Part shown: positions 38,858 through 51,189 of the stretch, piece after piece
Layout of the letters: each line of letters begins with the position of its first letter
Position numbering within the stretch: the stretch's first letter is position 1
Assembly: GCA_950097015.1 (NCBI GenBank)
Contig: CATNEN010000003.1
Location: 14,632,001-14,696,000 of the forward strand
Direction: 5' to 3'
DNA from: Macrostomum hystrix
Taxonomy: Eukaryota > Animalia > Platyhelminthes
DNA length: 64,000 nt
Program-made: the position numbers and the translations under genes
The notes under the pieces: model-generated
Seen by the model: only the letters and a program-made list of their open reading frames with translations
Told to the model about the DNA's origin: nothing
Databases searched by the model: none

Positions 38858-39346
38858 CCTCTGGTCCAACAATTAGTCGAAGATTTGGCCATCGAATTTT
38901 AGCTATTGACTCAATTTCAGATCTGTTCAGACCATCGAGAAGACGTTTGCACAGTGACTTGCAAATATTATCGACATCTTTAAGCATCGAAACATTGCCA
39001 TCAGTGTTGGGAAATGCTACAACAGTCTGCCAGTACCAAACCGTATCGCTAGCGTCAACAACAAGTTCAAGCCTATCCTTCTGTTGATCAGCCGAGGTTA
39101 CCGACGATGATAACATCAATTGATTGCAACTAACAACGCAGTAGGCCCTACTGGACATTGTTTGACATTCTAGAAGCTCCTTAACAAGAATTGACTGAGG
39201 TCGGTGAGTGTAAGCAACTGGCAAAACTGATGGCTCATTGGTGCAATGAGACCACAGAGGATGGCCAGGAGTGCAGGTTGCTGATCGGTCAGGAGCTAGC
39301 AAGCTTGCAGACAGTTGATTAATTGAGTCACCAATGCTCGGTCGAT
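38858..39346 (-). CDS. FDXACB1: FDXACB1 exon 5
   Basis: CCCTTAG| ... G|GTAGGT, 489 nt, phase 1-1, open frame linking exons 4 and 6; sequence itself divergent. Confidence 0.75.
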
Positions 39347-39458
39347 CTAAGGGTAAAGGGAATGTTGGTAGCAAAAATAGTTGGTTCAAGACACACATGC
39401 CAAATGCAAATGGAAATAATCAATAACCAATTATTCAGTTCGAATAAAGCTCGATAAC

Positions 39459-42180
39459 GTTCGGCTAAATGATTCTCTGTTCGGTTTAATGATTCTCTGT
39501 TCGGTTTGAAGATGCTCTGTTCGGTTTGATGATGCTCTGTTCGGTTTGATGATGCTCTGTTCGGTTTGAAGATTCCCTGTTCGGTTTGATGATGCTCTGT
39601 TCGGTTTGAAGATTCCCTGTTCGGTTTGAAGATTCCCTGTTCGGTTTGATGATGCTCTGTTCGGTTTGAAGATTCCCTGTTCGGTTTGATGATGCTCTGT
39701 TCGGTTTGAAGATTCCCTGTTCGGTTTGAAGATTCCCTGTTCGGTTTGATGATGCTCTGTTCGGTTTGAAGATTCCCTGTTCGGTTTGAAGATTCCCTGT
39801 TCGGTTTGATGATGCTCTGTTCGGTTTGATGATGCTCTGTTCGGTTTGATGATGCTCTGTTCGGTTTGAAGATGCTCTGTTCGGTTTGATGATGCTCTGT
39901 TCGGTTTGATGATGCTCTGTTCGGTTTGATGATGCTCTGTTCGGTTTGATGATGCTCTGTTCGGTTTGATGATGCTCTGTTCGGTTTGATGATGCTCTGT
40001 TCGGTTTGATGATGCTCTGTTCGGTTTGATGATGCTCTGTTCGGTTTGAAGATGCTCTGTTCGGTTTAAAGGTTTGAAGGTTTGAAGGTTTGAAGATTTC
40101 CTGTTCGGTTTGAAGATTCCCTGTTCGGTTTGAAGATTCCCTGTTCGGTTTGAAGATTCCCTGTTCGGTTTGAAGATTCCCTGTTCGGTTTGAAGATTCC
40201 CTGTTCGGTTTGAAGATTCCCTGTTCGGTTTGAAGATTCCCTGTTCGGTTTGAAGATTCCCTGTTCGGTTTGAAGATTCCCTGTTCGGTTTGAAGATTCC
40301 CTGTTCGGTTTGAAGATTCCCTGTTCGGTTTGAAGATTCCCTGTTCGGTTTGAAGATTCCCTGTTCGGTTTGATGATGCTCTGTTCGGTTTGAAGATTCC
40401 CTGTTCGGTTTGATGATGCTCTGTTCGGTTTGAAGATTCCCTGTTCGGTTTGATGATGCTCTGTTCGGTTTGAAGATTCCCTGTTCGGTTTGATGATGCT
40501 CTGTTCGGTTTGATGATGCTCTGTTCGGTTTGATGATGCTCTGTTCGGTTTGAAGATGCTCTGTTCGGTTTGAAGATTCCCTGTTCGGTTTGATGATTCC
40601 CTGTTCGGTTTGAAGATTCCCTGTTCGGTTTGAAGATTCCCTGTTCGGTTTGAAGATTCCCTGTTCGGTTTGATGATGCTCTGTTCGGTTTGAAGATTCC
40701 CTGTTCGGTTTGATGATGCTCTGTTCGGTTTGAAGATGCTCTGTTCGGTTTGATGATGCTCTGTTCGGTTTGATGATGCTCTGTTCGGTTTGAAGATGCT
40801 CTGTTCGGTTTGATGATGCTCTGTTCGGTTTGAAGATTCCCTGTTCGGTTTGAAGATTCCCTGTTCGGTTTGAAGATTCCCTGTTCGGTTTGAAGATTCC
40901 CTGTTCGGTTTGAAGATTCCCTGTTCGGTTTGAAGATTCCCTGTTCGGTTTGATGATGCTCTGTTCGGTTTGAAGATTCCCTGTTCGGTTTGATGATGCT
41001 CTGTTCGGTTTGAAGATTCCCTGTTCGGTTTGAAGATTCCCTGTTCGGTTTGATGATGCTCTGTTCGGTTTGAAGATTCCCTGTTCGGTTTGATGATGCT
41101 CTGTTCGGTTTGAAGATTCCCTGTTCGGTTTGATGATGCTCTGTTCGGTTTGATGATGCTCTGTTCGGTTTGATGATGCTCTGTTCGGTTTGAAGATGCT
41201 CTGTTCGGTTTGAAGATTCCCTGTTCGGTTTGATGATTCCCTGTTCGGTTTGAAGATTCCCTGTTCGGTTTGAAGATTCCCTGTTCGGTTTGAAGATTCC
41301 CTGTTCGGTTTGATGATGCTCTGTTCGGTTTGAAGATTCCCTGTTCGGTTTGATGATGCTCTGTTCGGTTTGAAGATGCTCTGTTCGGTTTGATGATGCT
41401 CTGTTCGGTTTGAAGATTCCCTGTTCGGTTTGAAGATTCCCTGTTCGGTTTGAAGATTCCCTGTTCGGTTTGAAGATTCCCTGTTCGGTTTGAAGATTCC
41501 CTGTTCGGTTTGAAGATTCCCTGTTCGGTTTGATGATGCTCTGTTCGGTTTGAAGATTCCCTGTTCGGTTTGATGATGCTCTGTTCGGTTTGAAGATTCC
41601 CTGTTCGGTTTGAAGATTCCCTGTTCGGTTTGATGATGCTCTGTTCGGTTTGAAGATTCCCTGTTCGGTTTGATGATGCTCTGTTCGGTTTGAAGATTCC
41701 CTGTTCGGTTTGATGATGCTCTGTTCGGTTTGAAGATTCCCTGTTCGGTTTGAAGATTCCCTGTTCGGTTTGAAGATGCTCTGTTCGGTTTGATGATGCT
41801 CTGTTCGGTTTGATGATGCTCTGTTCGGTTTGATGATGCTCTGTTCGGTTTGATGATGCTCTGTTCGGTTTGATGATGCTCTGTTCGGTTTGATGATGCT
41901 CTGTTCGGTTTGATGATGCTCTGTTCGGTTTGAAGATGCTCTGTTCGGTTTGATGATGCTCTGTTCGGTTTGATGATGCTCTGTTCGGTTTGAAGATGCT
42001 CTGTTCGGTTTGAAGATTCCCTGTTCGGTTTGAAGATGCTCTGTTCGGTTTGATGATGCTCTGTTCGGTTTGAAGATGCTCTGTTCGGTTTGAAGATTCC
42101 CTGTTCGGTTTGATGATGCTCTGTTCGGTTTGAAGATTCCCTGTTCGGTTTGATGATGCTCTGTTCGGTTTGAAGATTTC
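39459..42180 (+). repeat. 20-bp satellite array A (CTGTTCGGTTTGAWGATKCY)n
   Basis: Fills nearly all of FDXACB1 intron 4. Confidence 0.97.
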
Positions 42181-42230
42181 CCCTAAAGATTGAAAGTATA
42201 TTTATTTTGAGCTGATTGGGCCGAACTCAC

Positions 42231-42487
42231 CCTGCATTATAAGATTTATCGCGGCTCGAAGCTCTCTGTCGGGAAGGTCAGTAGGTGTCAAAGCGGCATG
42301 AAGGGCTCGCGCAATCCAGGCTTCAGTTTGGAGTTGAGTTGCTTCATCAATCTGTACAGTCTCCAGCCAACCTCGATTGCCATCAATGCTCTCCGGAAGC
42401 TCCGTTGGCAGGTGCAGAATTTTCTTCGGACGAACCAGAATGTGACAAATACCAATCTCTTTGCCGTGAAAGCTGCGACATTGGCTT
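42231..42487 (-). CDS. FDXACB1: FDXACB1 exon 4
   Basis: TTACAG| ... G|GTGAGT, 257 nt, phase 2 to 1; begins RSQCRSFHGKEIGICHIL, matching RSQDKSFHVEGALNHIF (frame not shown in the ORF track). Confidence 0.88.
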
Positions 42488-42555
42488 CTGTAATAATTGA
42501 TCGAACAGGTTCTACTGCGTGTGAATTAGGGATTTTTAGTGAAAAGTTTCTGTAT

Positions 42556-44066
42556 AACAAGGAATCCTCAAACCGAGCAGAGAATATTCAAACCGAACAG
42601 AGCATCATCAAACCGAACAGAGCATCATCAAACCGAACAGAGCATCATCAAACCGAACACAGCATCATCAAACCGAACAGAGCATCATCAAACCGAACAG
42701 AGCATCATCAAACCGAACAGAGCATCATCAAACCGAACAGAGCATCATCAAACCGAACAGAGCATCATCAAACCGAACAGAGCATCATCAAACCGAACAG
42801 AGCATCATCAAACCGAACAGAGCATCATCAAACCGAACAGAGCATCATCAAACCGAACAGGGAATCTTCAAACCGAACAGGGAATCCTCAAACCGAACAA
42901 GGAATCCTCAAACCGAACAAGGAATCCTCAAACCGAACAGAGCATCATCAAACCGAACAAGGAATCCTCAAACCGAACAGAGCATCATCAAACCGAACAA
43001 GGAATCCTCAAACCGAACAGAGCATCATCAAACCGAACAAGGAATCCTCAAACCGAACAGAGCATCATCAAACCGAACAAGGAATCCTCAAACCGAACAG
43101 AGCATCTTCAAACCGAGCAGAGCATCATCAAACCGAGCAGAGCATCCTCAAACCGAACAGGGCATCATCAAACCGAACAGAGCATCATCAAACCGAACAA
43201 GGAATCCTCAAACCGAACAGAGCATCTTCAAACCGAACAGAGCATCATCAAACCGAACAGAGCATCTTCAAACCGAACAGAGCATCATCAAACCGAGCAG
43301 AGCATCCTCAAACCGAACAGAGAATCTTCAAACCGAACAGAGCATCATCAAACCGAACAGAGAATCTTCAAACCGAACAGAGCATCTTCAAACCGAACAG
43401 AGAATCTTCAAACCGAACAGAGCATCATCAAACCGAACAGAGCATCCTCAAACCGAACAGAGCATCATCAAACCGAACAGAGCATCATCAAACCGAACAG
43501 AGCATCATCAAACCGAACAGAGCATCATCAAACCGAACAGAGCATCATCAAACCGAACAGAGCATCATCAAACCGAACACAGCATCATCAAACCGAACAG
43601 GGAATATTCAAACCGAACAGAGCATCATCAAACCGAACAGAGAATCATCAAACCGAACAGGGCATCATCAAACCGAACAGAGCATCATCAAACCGAACAG
43701 AGCATCATCAAACCGAACAGAGCATCATCAAACCGAACAGGGCATCATCAAACCGAACAGAGCATCATCAAACCGAACAGGGAATATTCAAACCGAACAG
43801 AGCATCATCAAACCGAACAGAGCATCATCAAACCGAACAGAGCATCATCAAACCGAACAGAGCATCATCAAACCGAACAGAGCATCTTCAAACCGAACAG
43901 GGAATATTCAAACCGAACAGAGCATCATCAAACCGAACAGGGAATATTCAAACCGAACAGAGAATCATCAAACCGAACAGAGAATCATCAAACCGAACAG
44001 GGCATCATCAAACCGAACAGAGCATCATCAAACCGAACAGAGCATCATCAAACCGAACAGGGCATC
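42556..44066 (-). repeat. 20-bp satellite array B, inverted relative to A
   Basis: (AGCATCATCAAACCGAACAG)n is the exact reverse complement of the A unit; fills intron 3. Confidence 0.97.
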
Positions 44067-44222
44067 GTGATACCGAAATAAGTAGTGCAAATGTGGTGAC
44101 ATCATTGCAAGTTACAATAGTTTTATCAGACAAAAAGGATCAATTTAGCTGAGCAACATTGTTAATCAGAATGTTTAACAGTTAAGGTTCTACAAAAACC
44201 AATATATATATTTTTTTCTTAC

Positions 44223-44538
44223 CTAAAACCTGTGGCACTGTGATCGATGCCCAGTTGACAGAATGGAAACCAGTTGCTAACCAGCAAACCACCCTGTGCT
44301 GCCATCTCCTCAAGCTGCCAGTTGTTGTGACTCAATCTTAGCTTATCACCGTCAGCTGGTGTACCGCCCTGACCAATCAGCAGACTAATCCAAAGCTGAC
44401 TGCTCTCAGGAATCATGAAATCGAAAGCTGAGCTGCACAGATTGCGCAATAGTCTACGATTTAGTTTGATGTTAGATTTGCCGCCAGCATGAGGATAGTT
44501 GAAGATTATGCGATCGAATGTAATTGAATATTGTGCGC
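44223..44538 (-). CDS. FDXACB1: FDXACB1 exon 3 (DUF2431/BMT5-like methyltransferase-fold region)
   Basis: TTTCAG| ... AG|GTAAG; FDRIIFNYPHAGGK, NRRLL, GQGGTPAD, HNNWQLEEMAAQGGL, TGFR motifs. Confidence 0.92.
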
Positions 44539-44642
44539 CTGAAATTAAAGTTTGTGTTGAGTACGCTGCAGAATTATGTGCGTTTCTACTAGTCAATAAC
44601 AATTCCTACAAGATTTTACTAGATCCATTGGCATATAAGTCG

Positions 44643-45128
44643 TCTAGATTGATAGATTTGGAAGGATTCTAGATTGATAGATTTAGAAGGATTCTAGATT
44701 GATAGATTTGGAAGGATACTAGATTGATGGATTTGGAAGGATACTAGATTGATGGATTTGGAAGGATTCTAGATTGATAGATTTAGAAGGATTCTAGATT
44801 GATAGATTTGGAAGGATACTAGATTGATAGATTTGTAAGGATTCTAGATTGATAGACTTGAAAGGATTTCTAGATTGATAGATTTGTAAGGATTCTAGAT
44901 TGATAGATTTGTAAGGATTCTAGATTGATAGATTTGTAAGGATTCTAGATTGATAGATTTGGAAGGATACTAGATTGATAGATTTGTAAGGATTCTAGAT
45001 TGATAGATTTGTAAGGATTCTAGATTGATAGATTTGGAAGGATACTAGATTGATAGATTTGTAAGGATTCTAGATTGATAGACTTGAAAGGATTTCTAGA
45101 TTGATAGATATCGGAAGGATTTTAGATT
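44643..45128. repeat. 25-bp minisatellite (TCTAGATTGATAGATTTGGAAGGAT)n
   Basis: Fills FDXACB1 intron 2. Confidence 0.95.
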
Positions 45129-45175
45129 AAATCAACTTGATATTATACATATATTATATATATAATCCTAATTAC

Positions 45176-45271
45176 CTTTCTGACCTCTTAAAATCTCGTG
45201 GTTTGATTCTCTGAGGCGATCGAGCAGATTGTCAAGTTTCGTTGCGTCCACTTCAAATAGACAATGTCCTC
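45176..45271 (-). CDS. FDXACB1: FDXACB1 exon 2
   Basis: TTTTTAG| ... G|GTAATT, 96 nt, phase 1-1; GHCLFEVDATKL matches the FxVDxTxL motif. Confidence 0.88.
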
Positions 45272-45363
45272 CTAAAAATATCACGAAACACATTAGATGT
45301 GGAGTCGCAGATGTTACCTAAAAATTATACTATAAGAACAAAAAACGACACTAAAAAACGCGC

Positions 45364-45604
45364 CTAATAGTTCAATTTGTTGAACGTTATCTACAAAGCC
45401 GGAATATTTATTTCGACACAAGCTCTCGGGTTCGAATCCGGTGCACAGAATCAACCCATCCGCCGCGGTTGGCAAGGCGTCAACGTCGCGTAGTCGTTTT
45501 AAGAATCCGGCCGAGAAACTAAAATCCCCATCGCCTAGGATCAGAACAGTGCGAGGTCGATCTTCAACTGGACCGAACGGCCAGTGGATTGCTAGACCAT
45601 CCAT
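45364..45604 (-). CDS. FDXACB1: FDXACB1 coding exon 1 (ends at a probable GC donor)
   Basis: MDGL...VLILGDGDFSFS (LLVGEGNFSF motif)...NVQQIELLG; the only phase-compatible donor is AG|GCGCGT; joined CDS 1953 nt, 650 aa. Confidence 0.85.
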
Positions 45605-45725
45605 TGTAGGGATAGCGCCGATAGACTTTTCACACTGCAACCAAGGAGACGGAAAAACTAAGGCAAAACAGCATCTTTATCTTTTAAATCTTTTAACGAT
45701 AACAGAGCATCATTAACACATTAAA

Positions 45726-46533
45726 ACATCAAACCGAACAGAGCATCATCAAACCGAACAGAGCATCATCAAACCGAACAGGGCATCATCAAACCGAACA
45801 GAGCATCTTCAAACCGAACAGAGCATCATCAAACCGAACACAGCATCATCAAACCAATCAGAGCATCATCAAACCGAACAGAGCATCTTCAAACCGAACA
45901 GAGCATCATCAAACCGAACAGAGAATCATCAAACCGAACAGAGCATCATCAAACCGAACAGAGCATCTTCAAACCGAACAGAGCATCATCTAAACCGAAC
46001 AGAGCATCTTCAAACCGAACAGAGCATCATCAAACCGAACAGAGCATCTTCAAACCGAACAGAGCATCTTCAAACCGAACAGAGCATCATCAAACCGAAC
46101 AGAGAATCATCAAACCGAACAGAGCATCATCAAACCGAACAGAGAATCATCAAACCGAACAGAGAATCATCAAACCGAACAGAGCATCTTCAAACCGAAC
46201 AGAGCATCTTCAAACCGAACAGAGAATCATCAAACCGAACAGAGAATCATCAAACCGAACAGAGCATCATCAAACCGAACAGAGCATCTTCAAACCGAAC
46301 AGAGCATCATCAAACCGAACAGAGCATCATCAAACCGAACAGAGCATCTTCAAACCGAACAGAGCATCATCAAACCGAACAGAGCATCATCAAACCGAAC
46401 AGAGCATCATCAAACCGAACAGAGCATCTTCAAACCGAACAGAGCATCTTCAAACCGAACAGAGCATCATCAAACCGAACAGAGCATCATCAAACCGAAC
46501 AGAGCATCATCAAACCGAACAGAGCATCATCAA
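45726..46533 (-). repeat. 20-bp satellite array C (same orientation as B)
   Basis: (AGCATCATCAAACCGAACAG)n upstream of FDXACB1 coding exon 1. Confidence 0.97.
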
Positions 46534-47259
46534 ATACAACAGATTGAAGCCAATGAGTTCGCTACCGAAAGTGTCCCAATTTTTACGTAAAAGATGAAAT
46601 GGGGACAAAGCAGCTATCCAATTAGAAAATGCCACCGACATTGCATCCCTCGGCGTCAATTCTTATCTCAGCTAGTTGTGTGTGAGATTTCTCAGAATTC
46701 CTAGAACAGCATTCATGGCCGGCGCTAGATAACATAGGAGGAGGAATTGAGCGCCACGGGTTACGCAACAGCTGTCAAGGGGAGGAATGACGCTAAGGAG
46801 GGGCCAAAGATTTCTTTGGGAGATATGAAAACTTTTATCCCACAACGTAGGCTGTTGGGTAAGTAAGAATTGCGCAAGCTACTATAGCGTACATTATCTG
46901 GCAGAAAAACTGGCTATAACTCGCCCTCATCACCACAAGGGATTAAGGTCGGCTTAAGTCTTGGCAGCCACATCTAGTATAGAAATAAGCATATAGCTTG
47001 GACTTGACGTAGTATAATAAAAGATTCTAATCTGCTGGCTGGATCATTCCGTGTGGCTATCAGTCACTGTCTTATTATCATTCTCAACCATATAAGCCAA
47101 ACAATGATAATGCTTCTGTCACACGCCACAAAGGTTATTAGCCATTATTTCTTACTTTGGCAATTAACTATTTAAAAAAGCAACCGGGATAGAACTATAC
47201 AATAATTTTTAGAGGTCTGGGGTTCGAGTCCCACGAGTACTGGCCTCGTGACCTTGGCA

Positions 47260-47467
47260 CAGCACAGTCGCAGCTATTGCGTGGCGTACAGCTGTTCAGT
47301 CCATGGACTGTGTGGGGATGCCACACCCGCACTCAATTACCCCAACTAATTCTGGTACAGTGGTACAGGTGTTCCGCTAAAGGACACAGATTGTTCCAGT
47401 ATAGTCAAGAATCGAACCCCGGACCTTTAAGTCATGAAACCGACGCTCAAACTACAGACTACAACCC
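47260..47467 (-). mobile_element. Internally deleted copy of the CORE-like SINE
   Basis: Collinear with 2420-2670 (CGTACAGCTGTTCAGTCCA, GCCACACCC, CTAAAGGACACA..TTGTTCCAGT, AATCGAACCCC). Confidence 0.8.
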
Positions 47468-47864
47468 GTCACTAGGCAAGAACCCCTTAATAGGCTACTA
47501 AAGCACTAAGTTTCAAATGTTAAAAAATTAGAAGTCAAAAGAATGAAAGGCATCGTTTTTTTATAAACTATAGATTTCAGTTGAGAAATTTTTTAAGCTT
47601 TGCAAAGTGGCTAGCAATATGTATAATTATTTTCTACCTGTCTTTCACCAAAAAATTCTTTCTATCACTACTTATAGTAATGCGTAGTAAATACTCGTAT
47701 AATTTTGTTTAACAAACAAAAGGAATTTCTTTTTACAAACAAAAATTGTTTAATTTTTTCGGAGACACTAAATTGGTACTACGGTTTTAACTAGTCCTAA
47801 ATATTGTTATTAAAGATAAGTCAAAGCCAGTTCTCTTCTAAAATGTATATAAAATATAACAAGT

Positions 47865-48197
47865 TTAAACAGGCGGCAGGCCCAATTCTTCGTCGGACCA
47901 TTGACGCGGATTCGGATACATTGGATGGCCAAACACCAAATGCGGATAGTGATAAGTGTGATAAAGGACCCAGAACCACATGAATGCGCCGAAGCCCTCC
48001 ATAAATCGCATATCGCTTGGCGAAATTCGACCCGGATGACGATAATAGAAGCCTAGCTCTTCGGAATTTCCGCGCGGCAGCTTGCCAACCTGATTAGCTG
48101 GTGATGGCGACTGTGACGTCATTCGACGACGATAGACGCGAGCGGAAACTGTTTTTAATAGTCGGCTGACATTTGATAGGCGCGTCATTAGAGACAT
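47865..48197 (-). CDS. NDUFB2: NADH:ubiquinone oxidoreductase subunit B2 (AGGG), intronless CDS
   Basis: Arg-rich mitochondrial presequence; YR, MWFWVL, GHPMYPNPRQWSDEELGLPP match MWFWIL...[20 protein letters not shown]. Confidence 0.93.
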   Translation of the reverse strand: MSLMTRLSNVSRLLKTVSARVYRRRMTSQSPSPANQVGKLPRGNSEELGFYYRHPGRISPSDMRFMEGFGAFMWFWVLYHTYHYPHLVFGHPMYPNPRQWSDEELGLPPV

Positions 48198-49214
48198 GTT
48201 GATTGCTCAGCGGTGTTGGACTATTACTCAAAACACTGATTGTGTGCTTGTTATTTGAGCTGAAATGTGGGCAGGTTCAAATAAATATTACTAATAGTAG
48301 CTAATTACTAATAATCTCAGTGTTGGGTTAGAGACAAAAAGGTCTAATGCATTTGCCTCTCGTGCCAACATCCCTAAGTTCGATTCCTCAAAATAAAGTC
48401 AGGAGGAGTCAGCAAAATGGGCAAAATTGCATCCTCGCTGGCTGTGGGTCCACTGTCACTAAATATTATTAATTTTAATAATCTCAGTTATTAAGTTAAA
48501 AAAGGATTTACCTGGTCAGTTAAAATTCACCAAAAAAGCACATGACAAGGCTTAGTAGGCAGATAGCACTTAACTGGCCTAACAATGAGTTTTTTACTTC
48601 TAGGCAGCTACCACTTGTTTTGATTGCAAACCAAAATAGAACCCCTTTAAAGCCCCGAAAACATATACTTCTTTCATACATCAAACATAATTTTAGAGTC
48701 ATTATGACCAAGGCTTACAAATCAGCTAAGTACAGTGTGATAGCTAGTTGACTACAATAATTCAGTGTATATGGAGGGCCATAGGCTCAGAGCTAAGGAT
48801 CCTAGTCACTTTGTCAAATGCCATTTTATCAAATCTATGATGAAGTGACAAGAATAAAGAAATATTTGTGTTTGACAAAGTGACCATGCTTTCTTGGCTG
48901 TTTTGTCAAACTAGTTTTCAACTAGCAGTGGAATGCAATGTGCAATGTTCAACATAACTATGACATGAACATTAAATGTTGCATATTTTCTCTTAACAAC
49001 ATTTGCAAAGTAAACAGATAATTGACTACAATGACCCCAATAATGACCAATAATTGCCAACATAATTTCCACCTGATATATATCATGCAAACCTCATAAT
49101 AGCTTATATAAAAAGCTCTAAAGTTCTTAAAGTTTTTTTGAAACTTAGGCCTATTTCCTTTTTTGTGATCATGGCCACCGCATTTAGCCATAAAACTGCA
49201 ATCAACAAAGGTAG

Positions 49215-49676
49215 TTGTTATTTGTCCGGTTAACTGGACAAATAGCCGTTAGATTTTTGTCTGGTTAATTATTTTATCTTACAAATGATAGAGGTTTTTG
49301 TGGTAGCACTACAACCCCTTATAACTTAGTTAATCACTCAAGAGGAAAGCCTATCAGGAGTTGAAATTGTGGTCCTTGCTGTTGATCCAGGTATCATCCT
49401 TCGCTGGTGACCCAGTTGACTTTGTAGAAGTATTTGAATGAGTCGCTACAACTTTGTTTAGGCTTCAAAGGAACTACGTTACTCTTTAGTTGAATAAAAA
49501 TACAAATCAAACAGACATTAGTTAGATATAAGCAATTTGGCTTAAAGGGAAGATCTCTTCCAACATGCATAGTTTGGTGCCTTCCTTCTAATGCAGACAT
49601 TTGGCATGAAATCTAAAATTAACAATAAAATCACTAACCGGATGAATAATCAAACAGCTATCCGGACAAATAACAA
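49215..49676. mobile_element. MITE-like element with ~60-bp imperfect terminal inverted repeats
   Basis: TTGTTATTTGTCCGG...ATTTTAT at the left end is inverted at 49625-49676; no clear TSD. Confidence 0.55.
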
Positions 49677-50985
49677 AGATCAGCAAAACTGACTCTGACT
49701 ATAATTCTGCCATTGTTTGGTCCAAAGCCCAGAGTGAGAAAAGAGGAGGGCTACAGTACAACAAACAATACAACATAGAGTTAGGTATGTTGTTCCGACA
49801 GTTCCAACAGTTATTCTGACTTAAAAGTCAGTTTGTTTAAATGCACTCTTAGACAGTTATTCAAACTAGAAATTACATGCATACTGTTGGAATATTCAGA
49901 GGTGGACAAAGTTTCTAAGCTCCTTTTAATACAATAGCAGATTTGATAGTCATGCATCACATTCTAACAAAATCTAGAAAAATCTAGAACATATAAACTT
50001 CTGTAAATGTACATTAAAACAGCTATGACCAAAACAACAGGTTAAAGTTGTATTTGCTTAAAAGTCAGTTTATACAAAAACAGCCATGTAGGCCTACTGA
50101 AACAGATCAAACACTAGAGGATGACAAAATAATAATAGTTAGTTTTACATACTTCCAGATACAATGATATGTAGCTACACTGTATTATGCAGTGTGCCTA
50201 TAACATATTTTTAAGTATAACTATCATGCTGCTTTAAAATTCGAATTTTATGCTTAACATGTAGGCTACAGTTTTACATAAATGTACACACATGATACAT
50301 TAGTCATTACATAGCTGAACATATGTACGTCGATAGCTAAAAAACATGATATAACTAGGTCATTAAGCTCATAGCTAGCCTCGTAGATTTTTTCTTCTTA
50401 TCAGCATATGCGTATTACAAAAAGACGGACGTAAATGATCAATTTGTGTAAAAACAACAAACTATAAAAAAGCCGAAAGTTAGTTCTTCTTCATAACAAA
50501 GCCTGCTGTATAGAAACGAAAAATAATGTAGAATCGTTCAATGCAGATGCAAACAGTTTAAAATTTGTTCATGTGTATTATATTAGATTTTTATTTTTAA
50601 CTCTTTGAGCCCTTATTAAATTATTCTTTAAATAGTTTGCACGCTCGGAAACTCTAAAATGTTATTAGGCCTACGGTATTGACAACTAAGAGCACAAGGC
50701 TAATAAGGACTTGTTTAGACTGATAAAAATCATGCGATAATATAATTTCGTTTCAAAGAATTTATAGCTTTATTGTTTCTGTGTTTCTTAAAGTTAGGTC
50801 CGCCTTCGAGCATACTAATACTATCGCGCCTGCAGCCTTAAGTTCTTAAGCGCCCTCTCTGTTATCATCACGCCGTTAAACTTAGGGCGCCGCTTTCGAA
50901 GATTAGGAATAATTAACTTGTTATTATCAGTTAACCGTTATATAAACTTAACCACAATTCCTATTTTGCTAGCTAAGGTGCTAAA

Positions 50986-51189
50986 ATGAACAATGGGCAT
51001 GCACTTTTCGATCTGGAGCTTGGCGATCAGCATGGCGCATCAGAAATTTCAGAGGGAATCACTTCTATGGGACTAACATCTAATAGGCCTAGTCGTGCTC
51101 AAGGAGCTTTACTTTCAAAAGATGACAATAGTGACAATGAGGAGGATATTAGCTATGATGATGCAAATGGAAAGTTGCAGAAGACAGAA
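50986..51189 (+). CDS. RPS6KB1: p70 S6 kinase exon 1
   Basis: TOS motif FDLEL near the N-terminus; donor GAA|GTAAGT, phase 0. Confidence 0.88.

Noticed and set aside
42298-44152. 590-aa and 537-aa plus-strand ORFs
   Set aside because: Antisense to FDXACB1 exon 4 plus the stop-free strand of the 20-bp satellite
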